From Camelus ferus (lineage: Eukaryota), in assembly GCF_009834535.1 (NCBI RefSeq), contig NC_045697.1, forward strand, positions 39,124,001 to 39,188,000: a DNA stretch of 64,000 nucleotides, in the 5' to 3' direction. The position numbers and the translations under genes are program-made. This document shows, piece by piece, positions 1-12,198 of the stretch (position 1 is its first letter; each line of letters begins with the position of its first letter). The notes under the pieces are model-generated. The model ran no database searches. It had not been told where the DNA came from and saw nothing but the letters and a program-made list of their open reading frames with translations.

Positions 1-153
1 TTCTTATGAGAGGTTTATTTCCTGCTCTCAGGGAGACAGAGAGGAGGGTCAAAATGTCCCTCTTGCACTGGATCTTTCTTAAGTAACTTTAATTCAAAAT
101 AATTAATATGCCATTGAGGCATATTTTGGGGTGCCCTTCCCTGGGCCTCAACA
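1..153 (-). mobile_element. 3' LTR (partial, U3 start) of ERV1-class provirus, MER34/MER39-like
   Basis: Aligns with 6361-6512, sharing tcttaagtaactttaattcaaaataattaatatgc. Minus strand starts TG at 153, preceded by a purine-rich stretch (gggaagtttcaaaggaag). Confidence 0.85.
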
Positions 154-2752
154 GTTACTTCCTTTGAAACTTCCCTGGAAGTTTCACATATTAAAAGTTG
201 AGCTGATAGTGTTTTCCATCTCATTGAACCAGTCTCTTAGACTTGACAATAGGTCAGTTCAGTTAAACTTATTTCTGGAGATGGTAATGCAGATGGGTTC
301 CCAAAGTCGGGCCTATGGTGCAAGCAATCATGTATTTAATAAGAAGCATATCTATGGAAACAAAATAAAACAGAAGTTAATGATTGGAGCAGATTGTAAA
401 CCCACTTCTGAGCCCAGAGGGCAGTCAGTTAAGATTTCTAGATGTTAGAGTTGAAGGATCTTTTGCAATTTGAAATATCTGATGATGTCATCAGGTGTTT
501 AGGTAAACTTTCTGGCTCATACAGCAACAGGCACAAAGGTTGTTTACATATGAGCTGTTGCAGCAATTTCCCTTAAGTTTGTATCAAGTTGTCTAGCTTC
601 AGTTTGCAGAGCTTCAGGAAAAGAAGGGCAATTTTAGTTCTCAGTGATTCCAAATCAAAAGAATAGGAGAAGTTTGGAAAAGTTAGTTTGGAGAGTCATA
701 GCTAGACACTAGAGAATACTAGAAGAATTGACGATACAGTCTAGTTTACAGGTAAATAACAAAAACCTCAAAGACAATGAACAGAACTAGGATCTGGTAT
801 CTACAAGTGTGTATTTTAGTTTCTGCCGAAACACAGTTTTCTCTCTGTAATTACCCCCGGTTTTTACCAAAGGTAGCCAAATTAGACTAATCTGTTTGCA
901 AAAGAAGTCTAGATTCAATAAACTTGGCCTGGTTGTTTACATAAGTACAGTAAGAATAGCGATTGACCATATAGGCTGTTTTAAATCTGCTTTGCTGGAA
1001 CTTCTTATAAGGAATCTCAGATTATATTTTCAATAGCCTCTCAAGGCTAAGAAACAAAGCCACACATTCACCATCAGCCTTTGCCTGCAATAGGCACAGA
1101 TTTGGGTGAATTCCTCTCTTCATGAGGTCCCCAAAATATCCTCAGTGTCCTGGGCCTGCCAGGAAGTAACCTTCCTTACTCACCTAGTAAGGCTGCTGTG
1201 AGCCCTGAAAGCTGTTTTTCTAAGGAGCTTTATTGACTCTGTAAAGTCAACCTTTGTTTCTCAAAGCTGTCTGGTCATATCTGAGTCTATGCATCTCTGT
1301 CAAATATGACATTCCAGTCAAAGCTTTGATAATATGATCAGTGTTTCCAGTTGTGTCCTGTTATAAGGAGAACAGATTCTTACTAAACGTACGCAAATAA
1401 CTCTATTGCCAAGAAAATAAGAATACTCACTGATAGTTTCTGAATTCTGGAGGAATCCAGAAGAGAGAAAAAGATAAATGATTCAATTCTGCTTACAAAA
1501 GTATATTGTACCAAACTGCTCTAAGTCATAGTAAGTGTAAGAGAAAAGAGAAGTGTTTTCCTTAAATCTGGAGAAACAAAACATTTAGGAGAACAGCAAT
1601 GTTTCAAATTTTAAAAAATCATAAAACATTATAATTATCTCTCTCAGTTTATTTAGTCATATGTAATTAATTCTTGCTTCGCTTGATCTTTTGTTAGAAA
1701 TTTTATGAAGCCATCAGTTTCTCCATTAGAGTTCTGTGAATTCTTACCCAGGTATGATTTGAAAGTCATCAGAAACTTATATTCTAGCATATTTGTTAGA
1801 TTCCTTTCCATGAATTTCCCTGAAGATAAAACACTTTTTTGCAGGAAGCTTTTGTAAAAGCATCTGCATGAAACAATAACTGTGTATAAATGATAAAAGA
1901 CTTTAAAATGTCCATTATTAAAGATTTGATTCATTATAATGGAACTGATAAGGAAATTTGGTTATCTCTGAGACACATCATTTTAAGATAATAACTAGAA
2001 CTATGACTAACATTATGCTAGGACATATCCAAATTCTAGGAATTTCTTGTATTTTCTATAACATTTATATTAATAATACTTACCCACATAGTATAACATA
2101 AGAAGGTTTATCATCCTTTATTTCACAATGCTTCCCATTATAATTTAACCTACTAAATAAGCTTGATAAGTTTAATATCTCTGTTATAAATGAGAGAAAA
2201 TAATTTTTTTGAGGTGTTCCAGGGGCCCTCTGGAAAACTCCAAAGTTATTTCCAGGTCAGTAAGTCTTTTTTTGGGAATTTTGTCAAAAATATCAGAAGT
2301 TTTTAAAACACTTGGTCAAATAGGATCATAGGTCACTGTGAAACAATACTTAGCTGTCCATTTAATCAAAGTGACAAAGATTTCCCTGGCAAATACAGAA
2401 AGTTGAATAGTTATAAAAAGCCTTAGCTATTTTAGTATTGAAAAGACTTTGTTTTGTCTTCTAACTGATCAAAAACCTGATAAAGACAAAATATAGAATC
2501 TTTGTTTTTCTAGACAGATTATATTAAAGGTAAAGAAAACCTTTTTTTTTAAATAATTTCTTATTAAGACCAGAGCAATGTAAGAAAGTTTTGTTCTTTG
2601 AACAGAGAGAAAAACCAAATTTAATTTTGTATTAACTTACTTTTGATATTAAAACTCATTTACTTAATTAAATTCCAAACTTAGCCATTCCTGATTCCAC
2701 ATAAAATTCCTTTCTAAAGAGTCCTTTTTTTACAAACCTTTTTATAATTTTC

Positions 2753-2795
2753 TATGTGTATGTGTATGTGTGTGTGCACACACATACACATACAC

Positions 2796-2847
<52 letters not shown>

Positions 2848-2855
2848 GTATACAT
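2753..2855. repeat. (TG)n/(CA)n/(TACATA)n compound microsatellite
   Basis: Tandem tacata units seen directly. Confidence 0.95.
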
Positions 2856-3290
2856 CCCTTGTTTTCTTTCCCATTTAGAAATAACCAGCTTTAGGACAAA
2901 ATCATTTTCTTTTTCCTTAACAAAAGCACCTCCATACCTTTACTTACCCCCAAACACATTTTCTTTCTTTTATTATTTCCAGTACTTTTAATTTTAGTAT
3001 AATTAATATATTAATTGGAATTCTTAATCTTTTAAAATCTTAATTTGGGGGGAAATAAAGAAGTAAATAATTGTGAACTGTATTAACATTTTGTGGCTTA
3101 GCGAACTTATAAACACATGTTATAATTTCTAGAAATATATGTTACTTTATAGTGTAATATTTTCAATAAAATGGAAAATATATGTACTAATAGACCCAAA
3201 CATATTTAGTTCCTCTGTAATAAGACATCAAAAGTAGGTAAACTTAGACTTGTTTTAGTGATTAATGTTTCAGTATTTTATCTTATTTGG

Positions 3291-3418
3291 GATTTTTTGG
3301 GGGGGGGGAGATAACTAGGTTTATTTATTTATATTTAATGGAGAAACTGGGGATTGAACCTAGGACCTTGTGCATGCTAAGCTTGTGCTATACCACTGAG
3401 CTATACCTTCCCACTTAA
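3291..3418 (-). mobile_element. tRNA-Ala-derived SINE (camelid Vic-1-like)
   Basis: Minus strand reads gggaaggtatagctcagtggt (A box)...tagcatgcac...ggttcaatccc (B box), then (aaat)n and C-run/A tail. 13-bp TSD ttatcttatttgg at 3278-3290 and 3419-3431. Confidence 0.9.
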
Positions 3419-3677
3419 TTATCTTATTTGGAAATGATATAGACACCCAGTGAATTCCCATCATTTAATGTAACTTAGCAAAACTCTAAGGGTGTAAATT
3501 AAATTACCAAAGAGAATTAGGAAACTAAGTATACAAATCATAAGACAATTGTTTTTGAAAATCTCAGCTAAAAACTCTTACCTCATTTACATCTAGTTAA
3601 TTCATTTGTTCTTAACAATCGTACTTAGATTACTCATGAAAATTTCATGAGTCATTAAAGCAGTCATTATCTTAAGA

Positions 3678-3680
3678 TTT

Positions 3681-3748
<68 letters not shown>

Positions 3749-3894
3749 TTCTTCCTTTTTCTTCCTTTTTCTTCCTTTCTTCCTTTCTCTCTCTTCCTTT
3801 CTTCCTTCCTTCCTTTCTTTCTTTTCTTTCTTCCTTTCTTTCCTTTATTTCTTTCTCTCTCTCCCTTCCTTCCTTCCTTCCGTTTTCTTTCTTT
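3678..3894. repeat. (TTTC)n / polypyrimidine tract
   Basis: Seen directly; explains the KERK-rich ORF 3667-3990. Confidence 0.95.
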
Positions 3895-5961
3895 GTGACA
3901 GAGACAACATAAATCCACTAGACAAGTAAACTCAAGTAGAACAATATTTTTTATCTGCATTATATTGAATACTGATAACTCTGAATACATACAAATACTG
4001 ATTAAATGAACGAGCTCAAAATTAGTTTTTATTTCCTAAAGATTATCCTAGAACTTGAAAAACATTTGGTTTAGTTTTTATTATATTTTAATGTAAGTTC
4101 TTGTAAACAAACAATTTGTTTAAACAAAAAACAATTAAATAGAGCTCTTCTACAAGTTAATTTTGTCAGTACCATCTAGAGGCAGAAGAACATCCATAGC
4201 ATAGCCATACAGACATATACACAACCAGAGTTTTTTTGGTTTTCGTTTTAAAACTTTAGTCATGAAAAAACAACAAAAAACTTCAGTCATGAATCAGGTA
4301 CAATACAAAACTCACTAGTGTATAAACAAAGTTGGAATGAATCAAGTTTACTTGTTCAGATGACTAACGTTTATTATTTATGGAGAAGACTTAAGATCTG
4401 TATGTCTTTGACAAGCAGTTGTAGAGGGGTTGTAATTTCCTAGAATTTGGGCAAAAGAATCCTTTTAGCAGTCTGTGTTTTAAAAGGCCCCTTTCCCTTT
4501 TTTTCTTTTTTCTTTTTGGTTTCAAATTCTATCAATTCAGCTAATCTAGGCTCAGTCTCAAGCAAGGTCGGCTATGTTGATATTTCAAAGACATAATAAG
4601 ATTTATAGCTTTAAGGGACAGAGAAAGAAAATGTAACTTTTCTCCTAGGAGTTTTGGAGTATATTTATTTGTCTATTATCATAAGCCTTAGGATAATTAT
4701 TATTTTAAAACAATTTTTAAAGTATAGGATAATTTTGCTCCAATATTCTGATCTTTTATAATATCTAGAAGCATTTTGAGAGGAATAGGCAAGGTTTGGG
4801 GATTGGTAAAGATAAGTGGGCTTTGGTTTGTTGTGTTTCTGGATTTGTAGAGGTTTGGAAGCAAAAACAGTTGTTTTGGTTAGCCCTTGAATATTGGTTT
4901 CCAGCTGATCTGTTTCCTCTTTATTTGTAGGCAAGCTTGGAGAATTACTGAGGAGATGGGCAATTTTTTTTTTTTAGAAGGGGAATTTATGTTGGTCTTA
5001 CACTTTATTTTTTCCTTTCAATTTGGTCTTCTGGTAAGTATCAATACAACAGTTGTTTATGATGAGAATTCTCAAAAGTGTTTTCCTCTTAAATATAGCC
5101 AATTTAAATAGGATTCTTTGTCTGGCCATTGACTAGTAGGATCTTTAATATTAATTTAAATAGTGACCCAAACCAATCAGCCTTTCTTAAGGCTTAACCA
5201 AAGACACAAGAGGCATCTCACAAGAGTATATAGCCCTCACATGATCCAGAAAGTTCACTCCCATGGTCAGTCAAAGAAAGTAAGGCAGCAAAGTTTGAGA
5301 CAACACCAGCTCCTTATGAACTGGGACCCCTTAAGACCAACCACCCTGAGAGCTGGCATGGCCAAACAGAGTGCTAACTTTGTGTCTAAGCATCCCAATC
5401 TATTCAACAGGCTACCAAATGTACCTTCCAAATGGCATAGACCAGGGAGAATATTCTCACTGGACACAAAGCCAAGCTCTCAAGACATAAAACAAAATGG
5501 AAGGAAGAACCTCATCTGGTTTTTACATAGAAAAGCCACAGCAAACTTTGTCTAAATAGACACAGGTCTAGTGTGAACCATCAACTCGCTAGTCTGTGAG
5601 GCTGGCTCAGACAGCAGGTTTATAGGGCCTGTGCCTGCATTCTGCCCTATGGTTCTTCCTCCTTATGGCAAACAACACGATAGACAAGAGACTAAGAAAA
5701 ACAGTGACCATCTCTAGGAAGAAAAGAATTCTCAAGAGTTGCTAAGTCTAAGGAACTGGCTCAACAAATGTTTTCTCCTGCTAATCTAAATTTAGAGAGG
5801 GAGAAAAGGGACTCTCTCCACTTTACCTTCCACGAGACCTTGCAGGCAGAGATCTAGGACGCTGATGTGGTAAGAAATCTTAACTTATGCTGGTCTTTAT
5901 CAGATGTCCCAGGAACTCTCAGCTGCAGTAGCCTCAGGATGGAAAGTGAGCTCCAGCCAGT

Positions 5962-5979
5962 CTCCTGGCTGGCTCACCA
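5962..5979 (-). promoter_or_regulatory. Retroviral primer-binding site complementary to tRNA-Arg(ACG)
   Basis: Minus strand TGGTGAGCCAGCCAGGAG is a 17/18 match to TGGCGAGCCAGCCAGGAG (the mismatch is a CpG transition), 2 nt after the LTR end CA. Confidence 0.9.
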
Positions 5980-5981
5980 AC

Positions 5982-6512
5982 TGCTGGGGTAGAAGAAATA
6001 TCCCCCTCGACTCTCTTGAATTCTTGTGGCTAGACTAATAATAAAATGGACACAAGACAGGCTAACAGGAGAAAAAGAACCAAATTTTTATTCGTGTACA
6101 CAGAGGTCTCCTAGAAATGAGACCTAGTAAGTGACCAAAGCAGGCAGCTTTTATACTTTTTAGATGAAAAACCAATAAAATCGTGAGGAATTGACAAGAC
6201 AAACTTTTTTTTGGGTGCTTAATTAGTAAAGAATCTCAACAGAGTTTCAGCTCCAGGTAGTAAATAAACGAAGTAACAAGGTTTGTTTATCCAAGCTTTT
6301 CAGTTCTGAATTCCCCATCTCTGGTGATAAGACTGTCCTACCTTCAGATGAAAGGAGTGCACCTTTCACAAGAGATTAATTTCTTTCTTTCAGGCAAACA
6401 GAGAGGAGAGTCAGGGTCCCTTTTGCATTGGCTTGGTCTTAAGTAACTTTAATTCAAAATAATTAATATGCAGTTGAGGCACATTTGGGGGTGGCCTGCT
6501 CAGGGCCACCAT
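5982..6512 (-). mobile_element. 5' LTR of ERV1-class provirus (MER34/MER39-like)
   Basis: TG...CA termini, minus-strand AATAAA near 6087-6092, adjacent PBS, homology with 1-153. Confidence 0.88.
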
Positions 6513-6996
6513 ATTACAATGTTACCTGCCATATTGAAACTGTTCCACTATTTGTATTAAACAGACTCATGTCATTATACATTGGATTCTTCCAGGGTGA
6601 TGCTTACTTAAGCATTTTTAAAGCTGAATCTAGGAAACAGTGAGGGTGAAAGCCCAACTCTACTATGTTTCCATCACCCCAGGGCACAGGGAGTCATCCC
6701 CGAAGAGTCACTCAGAGAGGACCTAGTAACTCACTGAAGACCGAGGTCAGAGAGCGGAGCCCTGAAGTACAAAGCAGCTCACCTGGAGGAGGAGTCACGG
6801 TCATCTGAGCTGATCAGGTGTGCTACATGGGAGGGCATCAGGTATAATACACTTGTACTGAGCATTCTACCAGGGAGGCTTATTAAGACCTGTTTTCTGA
6901 CTAGTAGTGTAGGGTGTGTGGGTCACCTACACATGTCCTCTGAATTTAAAAGAACACTTTATTATTTCACACAGTTTAGCTATTAAGTATATTCTT

Positions 6997-7120
6997 GGGG
7001 GGGGTTTGGGGGAGGTAATTAGGTTCATTTATTTATTTATAGAGGAGGTACTGGGATTGAACCCAGCACATTGTGCATGCTAAGCATGCGCTGTATCACT
7101 TTAGCTATATTCTCCCCCTC
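6997..7120 (-). mobile_element. tRNA-Ala-derived SINE (Vic-1-like)
   Basis: Homologous to 3291-3418 (ctgggattgaaccc...tgcatgctaagc...agctata). Flanking near-repeat taagtatattctt / taatatattctt. Confidence 0.88.
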
Positions 7121-7394
7121 TAATATATTCTTAATTTTGGGAAACTTCCCATCCCTGGATAGTAACATCAGTTAATTATCTGGTCTACAATTGATTAATT
7201 ACATACCTCATTCTCTAACTTTGACCTAGAAAAAGCACTGAAGGATTCTGTGTCTTTTTAGATATCAGTATTAAAACAGAACTACTTATGTCACATTTGA
7301 TTCTTATATCCAACAAAAGAGTCACTACTTCTTAAGTAATGCAAGAAAAGAACTAAAGAAAATTTGGCTAGTCTACTCTGTAAAATTATATTAC

Positions 7395-7470
7395 CTGATG
7401 TGTGTAAATCGGATCATTATGCTGTACACCTTAAACTTAGACAGTGCTATATGTCAATAAAACTGGAAGG
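7395..7470 (+). mobile_element. Old L1M 3' end fragment
   Basis: cattatgctgtacaccttaaactt...tgtcaataaaactgg is typical of L1MB-type 3' ends. Confidence 0.55.
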
Positions 7471-8102
7471 AAGGAAAAGAGGACATATTTTATAAGTACA
7501 CAAAGGAAGAAAAAATATGTTATCAGATTTTCATGCAGAGTACACTCACTGAGTTAAGTGGACATGTCACTTCAACAAATGGGGCTAAAGTCTCTGGGAC
7601 ATCCTGGTAATTTATACTGATTGCAATTTGGCTGGAAAAGAGAAAGGGAGACCAAAATTGGAGAATAACCTGAGGCATTCTCATCACAAAATAGCTGAGG
7701 AGAGGACAAAGACCCAAGTCTCCCTAGATTTCCTAGAAACATCCTACAGAATGATTTCTATTCTCCACAAAAAAATGGTTTTTCTAATGTAAAAATCTGC
7801 AATGTTGAAGCAATGGGTCAATACATGCTTGAAGAAAAGGACCTCAGAAGAAGGTTCAGTCTGGCTGACTTTTAAATGAAAGTCCAGGACATGCCACCGT
7901 ACCTACTTGACTATCCTCCAGCTTCATAATTTGCTCGTCACTACCATCTCCACGTGAATATCCTGCTGCCTGCCACCTCAGTCCCTGGCATAAGGCCCAG
8001 ACGCACTGGGGAATCTAGTCTTCTTGTCTGGACTTTTAAGATACTGGCATCTAAGCAGCAGTGCTCAAGAAAGCAGTAGGTTCAGAACTGGACTTCAAGG
8101 GT

Positions 8103-8537
8103 TGTCATGGGCTTCGTTGTGTCTGCCCCACAGATATGTTAGAGTCCTAACCCCCAGTGCCTCAGAACGTGACCTTATTAGGAAAGATGGTCTTTATATA
8201 GATAATCGAGTTAAAATGAGGTCAGTAGAGTGGGCCCTAATCCAGTATGACTAGTGTCCTTTTTGTAAAAGGGAAAATCTGGACACAGAGTCATGCACAG
8301 AGGGAAGATCATGTGAAGACACAGAGAGAACGCAGTTTACAAGCCAAGGATTGCCTGAGGCTACCAGAGAGTAGGAGAGAGGAATGAAATAGATTGTCCC
8401 TCACACCCCTTGGAAGGAACCAACCCTGCCACACCTTGAGTTTAGACTTCTAGCCTCAGGAACTGTCAGAAGATAAATTTATGTTTTTTAAGGCACCCAG
8501 TTTGTGGCTTTATTATGGTGGCCCTAAGACTGATATG
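8103..8537 (+). mobile_element. MaLR LTR (MLT1B/C-like)
   Basis: gtcctaacccccagtgcctcagaacgtgacctta...gggccctaatccagtatgact...gacttctagcctcaggaactgt. Homologous to 60415-60845. Confidence 0.85.
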
Positions 8538-8712
8538 GCGTAGTGAAACTCAACTCTCAGATTTGATGGAATTGAGGCCAGAGAGGTCATATGTCTTGCT
8601 CAGAACCACAGCTACCATCAGGGACAAAACTAGAACTGGTCACAGTGAGCAGACCATGGTGTACAGAGTCCCACTTTAATGGAAAGTTAAATACACAGCC
8701 TGCTGTATTTCT

Positions 8713-8757
<45 letters not shown>
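8713..8757. repeat. (GT)n microsatellite
   Basis: Seen directly. Confidence 0.97.
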
Positions 8758-8760
<3 letters not shown>

Positions 8761-9229
8761 GTTTTAGTAAATGGGGATCACCTTTCGTCACTTTGCAGTA
8801 AGTCACCGTAAACTGTTTAGCACTCTAAATTAATGAAATATACATTCCTATTAATATTATCTCAATTTATAAAGACCTAAGCAGGGCTGGCCATGGGCCA
8901 AACTCTGAAGGAAAGTTTTCTTTTTTCCCCCTTTCTATCCACCGTTCAGTCCTCTGTGCTCCATTTAGGAGCCTGATGTGCTCTGGCTGCCCCAGGCTCA
9001 CTGAGATGCTGCGTTCCAGGGCTGCTCTCACAGGAGAGTAGATGCCCTCTTATCCCAGTGAGACTGAGACAAGCGGTAACTGGTCATTTCATTGAAAAGG
9101 TGAATTAAAGCAAGGAAACGATAATAAAAAATAATATATACCCTAAACATTTTATCTTAAAACATAGAAATGAAAACAAAAATTGCCAATCTTTTGATGT
9201 AAGACAGTGACAGGGCACGTGGCCAGCTG

Positions 9230-9548
9230 GAATGCTACCTACTATAAGATACCCTTTCTTGCAGCTAGGTGTGACCACGTGATTAAGGACTGACCAGTGG
9301 GATATAAGTGGAATTATTGTGCAGTAGCCTCTGGGAACCTCCTTTAAAAGAAAGTTGGTGCCTGTCCTCTGCTTCTCCCAATTTTTATCCTTCTTTGTCC
9401 ATTTCTCCGTCCTGCTGCTGGGTGCCTGGAGTTCTCATGTTTATCATACAGACCAGGAGGATGAAGGCCACATTCTAGGATGGGCAGTGCTGTTAGCTGT
9501 TATTTTGAGTCATTGTTACTTGCAACTGAATTTAATCCTAACTGACAC
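9230..9548 (+). mobile_element. Old MaLR LTR fragment (MLT1I/J/K-like)
   Basis: gcagctaggtgtgaccacgtga...gatataagtggaa and terminal tgttacttgcaactgaa...cctaactgacaca. Confidence 0.55.
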
Positions 9549-9664
9549 AAGACACAAGACCTTTCCTTTGAATGTTTCAACTAGTTAGAGTTCTGTGTGC
9601 TATCACTGCAAAAATCATACTCAAAATAAATCACCTATGATTTCCTGTTTTGGCTTCTTTAAAA

Positions 9665-9850
9665 TGGGATTTCTCGACCCCATTCATATTTTGGATGAAG
9701 TAATTCTTTGCTGTTTGAGGCTGTCCTGTGCATTGTAGGATGTTTAGTAGCATCTCTGTTCTTTATCCACTAGATGCCAGTAACAGCTCCCCAATCATGA
9801 CAACCAAAATGACAGTCTAAATATCTGCTGGGGAGTAAAATGTACCTTTG
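9665..9850 (-). mobile_element. MER20-like hAT-Charlie DNA transposon
   Basis: ggctgtcctgtgcattgtaggatgtttag...ccactagatgccagta matches the MER20 reverse complement. Confidence 0.85.
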
Positions 9851-10329
9851 AAGATATGGTGAGAATTTTAAGACACTATCACGACAAGGTAATATACAAT
9901 TAAAAAAACAATTTCTGAATTATTTACAGTTGCTTCACCTACACCTAATTCAAGGATATTTTTGTTTTGTTTTTATCGATTTGTCTTTTAGCAAGTCTTT
10001 CCAAAGCATTTGACACAATTCTCATCTAAACAGCTTTATGTTTTTACATTTATGTTTATGCTCTCTTTCCATTTTTAATTAAAATAAAACTGGAGACTCG
10101 CATAACAGGCTTGTGAACACACACAGTTGAGTTTTGGTGAGAATACAACTTGACTTATGGAAAATAGTCTACAAGAGAGAAGTCTGTCTACAACCACTGA
10201 GTGATTGATCTGCTGTGGGATTTGTTCAGAGAGAAAGGAGAGGGTCCTCTGTTTGTGAGTTGTTTAAATGGAGGTTGGCAGAGTGAGTTTTTGCGTTTTT
10301 ATCACCCATTTTCTGACAGAAAATCAAAC

Positions 10330-10660
10330 CCAAGAAAACTGATTCATCTGAACAAAAGTATTACTGGGCACCCACTGTGTTGAAGGTTGGGTACCAAATA
10401 ACAAAGAAGACATTGTACTTGACCACAAAAATATACAGTTTACTGGGGGGAGGTAGACAATTACAATTCAGTGCTATGATGGGCCAGTGAAGAGCACTGG
10501 ATCTGGAGTCAGACTGCCCGTGTTGCAAACATAGTTCCGCCATTTCCATGTGACCTTGACCAGGGGGATAATAATGGTACCCACTTTTAGTGCTATAAAA
10601 GATTAAATGTTTTTTTCTATATAAAGCATTTAGAACACTGATTGGTATCTAAGCATTTAC
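10330..10660. mobile_element. L2 tail and MIR fragments
   Basis: agagcactggatctggagtcagactg...tgtgaccttg...ggataataatggtacc (MIR core). An L2-like tail lies upstream. Confidence 0.6.
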
Positions 10661-11535
10661 TGTTGAAGGAAACCAGATTATGTCACCCATAATATGGCTC
10701 TTTGAAATAAAAATCATTTTGAGATAAGCCAGTTAAGATATAGCTGTCTTTCCTTTCTCTTTTTCTACCTAAAGGTGGGGTATGCATTCTCCTTTATTGG
10801 AAATGGCTCTAGACTCATCAGCCCAGAGATAGTGATGCAGGAAATCGGATGTGGGGTGTAAGGAGGGCCGAGTCCCAGTTCTCGGATGAGCCCTGGGGAT
10901 GTGCCCTGCCAAGTGTGGGTCCTTGGCTTTGCGCAAGAAAGAATTCAAGTGCGAGCCACTATTGAGTAAAGGTAGATTTATTTAGAGAGATACATACTGC
11001 ATAGTGTAAGGCAAGAGAAAGGTAAGGAAAGAGGTGTTGGAATTGGGTGCTTAGGTTAAAGTAAAAGTAGGTACACACTCCACAGACAGTGCGGGCCGTC
11101 TCCAAAGGGGAGAGAGAGCACAAAGGGCAACCAGGCATGGTGGTGTCACTTTTTGTGGTCTCAATAGCTTCACATGCCCACAGGTGGGATCAATCCAACT
11201 GCCCTGGGGAAGGGGCTGGCATTCCCAGGGATTGGGCCACCGCCCATTCTTTGGCCTTTTGTGGTTAGCCTTGGGGCTGTCATGGTGCCTGCGGGCATGT
11301 TATTTGATCATGCTGTTACAGTGAGCATATAATGAAGCTCAAGGTCTATTAGAAGTCAAACCTCTTAATCCTCAAGGCCAACTAGGAGGGGACTCTTCCA
11401 CCAATTTGGTTGCTGTCATTCCTTGAGTGGCTGTGACCTGCCCCCTTCCCTCCTGTCTCATTGGCCCCTGAGGAATCTAGAAAGAAACTTTATTTCATTA
11501 GGTTTTTCCCATTATTTATCTTCCCACTCTTTGCC
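10661..11535 (+). mobile_element. MER34/MER39-like LTR, split by a solo LTR (pieces 10661-10832 and 11461-11535) and truncated at 11535
   Basis: gaaggaaaccagattatgtcaccc...atggctctttg...ttttgag resembles other MER34-like copies in the window. catcagcccagagat|...|ggcccctgaggaatct reads through across the insertion. Confidence 0.7.
10833..11460 (-). mobile_element. ERV1 solo LTR
   Basis: Imperfect inverted termini tgatgcagga / tcctgtctca. Minus-strand AATAAA near 10977-10982. Homologous along its length to 12198-12699. TSD not clean (atag/ttgg). Confidence 0.85.
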
Positions 11536-11537
11536 CA

Positions 11538-12118
11538 TGGGGCACCCTGTGTCATGTGTCTATGAGATGGGGTGCCCCTCCACCCCCAGGCCTGAGGGTG
11601 GAGATGAAGTGCACCTGTATCATGTGTCTCTTTGAGAACGGGTGCCCCTCCATACACAGACCTGGGGTTGGAGGTGAAGTGCACCCATATCATGTGTCTG
11701 TTAAAGGGGTGCACATCCATACACAGGTCTGGGGATGGATGTGCACCCGTATTTTGGGTCTGTTTTACGTGTACAAATAAATACACTGGTCTGTGTATGT
11801 ATATGTATATATAATATGTATATTATATAATATATGTATGTATTCAAATATAATATATACATATATACATATATAATGTTGGGTACGTGTGTATCCGAAC
11901 ACGTCAGTGTATGGATATGTATAATATATGTATTACGTATACACATGTCTGTGTATGGATATGTATGATATGTATATTATATAATATATACATGTATATA
12001 AACATATACTATATAATGTAATATATACATATATTATGTTATATATACACATGTATTATATGAGACATATATGTATAAAGCATGTATATTATAGAGGTGT
12101 ACATCCACCTCCAGGCCT
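11538..12118. repeat. Left part of palindromic ~60-70 bp minisatellite grading into TA-rich low complexity
   Basis: Units cacc..tcatgtgtct..gggtgcccctccac.cccaggcctg.gggtggag at 11538-11750. The TA-rich zone retains gtgtatggat arm remnants. Ends acatccacctccaggcct. Confidence 0.85.
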
Positions 12119-12157
12119 AACTTAGACCTCAGCTCATATGAGGGACAAATTATCTTT

Positions 12158-12198
12158 CATTTATTTATTTATTTATTTATTTACTTACTTAGTTAGTT
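12158..12198 (-). repeat. (TAAA)n A-rich tail directly after LTR polyadenylation signal
   Basis: Plus strand (ttta)n/(ttac)/(ttag). Minus-strand AATAAA at 12208-12213. Confidence 0.8.

Larger units (their letters stand above)
154..5981 (-). mobile_element. Degenerate ERV1 internal region (AT-rich, MER4-group-like, no intact gag/pol/env)
   Basis: Lies between two homologous LTRs and begins with a PBS. Shares segments with the second ERV internal region (3235-3290 vs 13455-13500; 4130-4320 vs 13925-14060). Confidence 0.8.

Noticed and set aside
3291..3418. tRNA-Ala gene (also 6997-7120)
   Set aside because: Degenerate stems, SINE tail and TSD show these are SINE copies.
3667..3990. Lys/Glu/Arg-rich 107-aa ORF (and the IY-repeat ORF 2770-2991)
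   Set aside because: Translations of microsatellites.
154..5981. Domesticated env gene (syncytin/HEMO-like) in the MER34-like provirus
   Set aside because: No long ORF, furin site, CX6CC or immunosuppressive motif visible. The env remnant at ~16.6 kb is also short and broken.
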